A DNA stretch of 64,000 bases from Mobula hypostoma. Taxonomy: Eukaryota. Position 1 is the stretch's first letter. Each line of letters starts with the position of its first letter. The DNA is taken from the NCBI RefSeq assembly GCF_963921235.1, contig NC_086108.1:72170001-72234000 (forward strand), given 5' to 3'. Of the stretch, positions 60,110 through 64,000 are shown one piece after another. Under the pieces are notes generated by a model. It had not been told where the DNA came from. It saw only the letters and a program-made list of their open reading frames with translations, and did not search any database. Position numbers and translations under genes: made by a program.

Positions 60110-63100
60110 GATGAGGAGTACTGGTGAGCGTGTCCCCTGTCCTGTCCTCCTCGACACCACTCACTTTCGTACCTGCTTCTCTGGAGTGGGGTGTCCAACA
60201 CCGAGCAATCTCCGTTTTGGTCGATTCTGGTGTGGAAGGGAGTTTTATCGATTCTGGCTTGGCTGCCCAGTGGGGACTACCCACGTCTGCTCTCCAGTCA
60301 CCATTAATGGCCAATGCCTTGAACGGTCAGAGACTAGCTAACATCACCCATGTCATAGCCCCAGAGAGTCTCAGTTTATCTAGCAACCATCATGACAGTT
60401 AACCCTTTGTTATTGACTCTCCTCATTGTCCTGGGTCATCCCTGGTTAGTCAATCACAACCCCCACATTGACTGGCTCAGTCACTAGATTGTAGGCTGGA
60501 GCCCATTCTGTCACTCCCACTGCCTCCACCATGCTCAGATCCCCTTGTCTCCAAACCCAGATCCCCCCGAGGAATTTCTGGATCTTAGTGCCATCCCTCC
60601 TAAATACATGGAACTCTAGGCTGTGTTCAGCAAGTCCCAGGCCACTTCCCTGCTGCCTCATTGTCCATATGACTGCGCCATTGACCTCTTGCCTGGCACA
60701 CCTCCCCCAAGGGGCTGCCTGTACTCCCTATCTGTACCTGAAACAGAAGCCGTGAGTAAGTACATTCAAGAGTCTCTGGCTGCAGGCATCATCCGGCTGT
60801 CTTCCTCCCCTGCTGGTGCCGGCTTTTTCTTTGTTGAAAAGAAGGATGGCTCCTTGTGTCTATGCATTGACTACCGGGGACTGAATGAGGTCACTGCTAA
60901 GAATCGTTACCCTCTTCCGCTCATGACCTCGGCATCTGAACTACTACAAGGAGCCTCAGTTTTCACCAAGCTTGATCTCCATAACGCCTACCATCTTGTC
61001 TGCATCCGTGAAGGAGACAAGTGGAAGACGGTTTTTAACACCACTTCAGGCCATTATGAGTATCTGGACATGCCATTTGGTCTCACCAATGTCCCCACCG
61101 TCTTCCAAGTCCTGGTAAATGACGTTCTCAGGGGCATGCTGATCCAATTTGTTTTTGTGTATCTCGACGACATTTTGATTTTTTTCTAAGTCCCTTGCTG
61201 AACACACAGGTCACGTTCACAGAGTTCCCCAGCGCCTTCTGGAGAACCAGCTCTTTGTGAATACTGAGAAATGTGAGTTTTATCACAATATAGTATCCTT
61301 CCTGGGGTACGTAATTTCAGGTGGTTCCATTCAGTTGGACCAACAGAAGGTCAAGGCTGTGGTTGAATGGCCCCAACCCTCGACTCATTGGAGCTGCAAC
61401 GCTTCTCGGGCTTCATTAACTTCTATCGCCACTTCATCAGAACTGGCTGTATCACTCATTGCTCTTACCTCATCGACTGTCAGATTCTCCTGGTCCCCTG
61501 CTGCTGGAAAAGCATTCTCTGACCTGAAGGAACATTTCACCTCTGCCTCCATCCTGATTCAACCAGACACCGACCGACAGTTCTTTGTGGAGGTGGATGC
61601 ATCTGACACTGGTATAGGAGCTGTTCTCTCTCAGCGCTCGGCCAAGGATGAGAAGGTACACCCCTGCGCCGCCTTCTCTCACCGCCTCACTCCCACGATG
61701 TTGGAAACTAGAAGCTGCTGGCTGTGAAGCTAGCTCTGGAGGAGTGGAGGCATTGGCTGGAGGGAGCAAAGGTGCCATTCTTAGTCTGGACTGATCACAA
61801 GAATCTGAAATATATCTGTACTACCAAGCATCTCAACTCCTGTCAAGCTCGTTGGTCCCTGTTTTTCTCAAGGTTCAATTTTACTCTGTCCTTCCGCCCT
61901 GGTTTCAAGAATGGAAAACCTGATGCCCTCTCCCAAAGATTTCCTTCCTCCGAGACCCCTGAGGTACCCGATGTCATCCTCCCAGCTCACTGTCTCGTGG
62001 GTGCAGCGCAATGAGACATTGAATCCATTGTGCAAGCTGCTCAACAGAGCGAGGCAGTCCCTAGTCAATGCCCCACTAACCATGTTTATGTTCCCAGCTC
62101 TGTCCACTCACAGGTATTGCAGTGGGGTCATTCTTCCCGGTTATCCTGTCATCCTGGAACCAGGCGTACTCAGACCCTCATCAGTCGGTGGTTCTGGTGG
62201 CCCTCCATGGGAGATGACATCCGCAACTTTGTCTCAGCCTGCTTGGTCTGTGCTCAAGGCGAGAACTCTAACAGGTCACCTGCTGGTCTGTTACAAGCCA
62301 GGTCTACCCTCAAGAGACCCTGGTCCCACATTGACCTGGACTTTGTCACCGGTCTTCCCCCATCAGATGGTAACACCACCATTCTCACAGTAGTTGAACA
62401 TTTCTCCAAGTCTGTACACTTCATTCCTTTACCTAAACTTCCCTTGGCCAAAGAAACAGCCAAATTACTAATACTGCATGTTTTTAAATTACATGGTTTA
62501 CCTGTAGATGTTGTGTCAGACAGGGGCTCTCAATTCACATCCAACTTCTGGAGGGCATTCTGTAATCTTCTTGGTGCCTCAGTGAGTCTGTCTTCAGGAT
62601 TCCACCCACAGACCGATGGCCAGACCAAGTGGGCCAACCAACAGCTGGAGATAGTATTGCGGTGTCTGGTCTCCCAGAACCCATCCGCATGGAGTCAGCA
62701 GCTACCCTGGCCCAAGTACTCTATAAACTCTCATCCATCCTCATACACCGGTCTGTCCCCCTTCGAGTGCTGCCTTGGCTACCAACCTCCACTGTTTCCT
62801 GCCCAGGAGGAGGAGGTTGGCGTTCCACCTGCCGAGGCATTCATCCGCCGTTGTCAGCAGATGTGGAGGCGCACTCGCTCCGCCTTTCTTTGTGCCTCAG
62901 CTAGGATCAAGAGTCAAGCTGACCACCATCACTCCAGGACCCCACGTTACCGCCAGGGACAGCGTGTGTGGCTTTCAACCCGAGACCTGCCCCTCAAGGT
63001 GGATTCCTGCAAACTCTTTCCCCCACTTCATCAGCCCCTTTCCCATTGCTAAAGTCATCACCCCTGCTGCCGTCCGTCTCAAGCACCCCTCCACTCTCTG

Positions 63101-63366
63101 CGGCATTCATCCCACCTTCCATGTGTCCCGCATCAAGCCTTTCATTAGCCACCCCGTGTCCTGTCCCCAAACCCTCCCCTCCCCCACGATTCATCAACGG
63201 GTCGGAGGCCTTCATGGTGCGTCGACTGCTGGACGTTTGTCACCGTGGCCTCCAGTGCCTCGTGGACTGGGAGGGCTATTGTCCCGAGGAGTGTGCTGAT
63301 TCCCCACCCTTAACATCCTGGACTCCTCTCTCATCAGGGACTTTCATCGCCAGCACCCAGCTCTAA
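60110..63366 (+). pseudogene. pol (protease, RT, RNaseH, integrase, chromodomain), disrupted
   Basis: [46 protein letters not shown]...[31 protein letters not shown] and [11 protein letters not shown]. Confidence 0.93.
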
Positions 63367-63406
63367 CTATCGTGACAGCAGGAGGCGTCCGTAGAGGTGG
63401 GGATAC

Positions 63407-63895
63407 TGTCAGTGCCTCCAGTTGAACTCTGTCTTTTTGTGTGTTTTCCCCCTAACTGTCAGTCTGTGGTTTTGTATTGCCATGTGCTCCCATCCCTGCT
63501 CTACTCCGGCCCCTGTATTACTGAGTACTCCGTCTCTCACCTGTTTCTCATTATTACCTGTATTGCTGCCACCTGTGTCTCACTGTGCTCCACCTATCAT
63601 CTGCCTCTCTGTTTACTGCTCAGTGTAGTTCAGTCCTGTGGTTTCACCTGTTTGTTGTCAGGTTGTGCTGGTGAATTTTCCTGAGCCTTTCTAGCATTCG
63701 TCTCTGTACTCTGTCCATCTGAATATCAACTCTGCCTGTTTCCTGATTCTAGTTTTTGGATTTCTCTGGATGTTTTGACTTCTGCCTGAACTTTGACACT
63801 GACTTTGTTTGCACCTTGGGATTTGTTACTCAATTAATATTACTGTGTGCACAGTACTGGGTCTGCGATTGAATCACTGGTCCAGCTTCCTGCCA
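63407..63895 (+). repeat. 3' LTR
   Basis: Starts tgtca after the PPT; ends cctgcca, a variant of cctgaca. Confidence 0.92.
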
Positions 63896-63897
63896 GG

Positions 63898-64000
63898 ATA
63901 ACCCACTACTGGAAACATCTTCTCCAGGTCACAGCTATCTAGGCCCTTTAACATTCGGTAAGTTTTAATAAGTTCTCCCCTCATTTTTCTAAACTCCTAA
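63898..64000 (-). mobile_element. CR1 fragment running off the window
   Basis: ccactactggaaacatc...ctatctaggccc is the reverse complement of the GLDR...MFPVVG region of CR1. Confidence 0.65.

Larger units (their letters stand above)
58738..63895 (+). mobile_element. Ty3/Gypsy chromovirus of the sushi/Tf1 group, near complete but decayed
   Basis: Two homologous LTRs; gag with zinc knuckle, protease, RT, RNaseH, integrase and chromodomain in Gypsy order; PPT agaggtgggga before the 3' LTR. Confidence 0.95.

Overview
Eukaryotic, repeat-rich, apparently intergenic or intronic vertebrate DNA. The repeat mix (many CR1 LINEs, Penelope-like elements, Rex1/Babar-type LINEs, a V-domain SINE, a sushi-type Gypsy and a Tc1) points to a fish, most likely an elasmobranch; that assignment is an inference. 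I could not support any intact host protein-coding exon, and nearly all long ORFs are decayed transposon ORFs or their antisense shadows. Highlights: (1) a Gypsy LTR-element remnant whose RT, RNaseH and integrase region is replaced by an intron-free fragment of the host splicing-factor gene RBM25 (RRM domain); (2) Penelope-derived fold-back elements carrying minimal type I hammerhead ribozymes, one with an intact core and an inverted copy that starts exactly at the predicted cleavage site; (3) a near-complete sushi/Tf1-type chromovirus with the self-priming LTR/PBS complementarity; (4) a three-level LINE nest, two solo LTRs with perfect 4-bp TSDs, a GC-rich RTE with a TSD, a complete IR/DR Tc1 and an 80-bp hAT MITE. 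Family assignments come from motif recognition by eye, and boundaries without a stated TSD or TIR are approximate.
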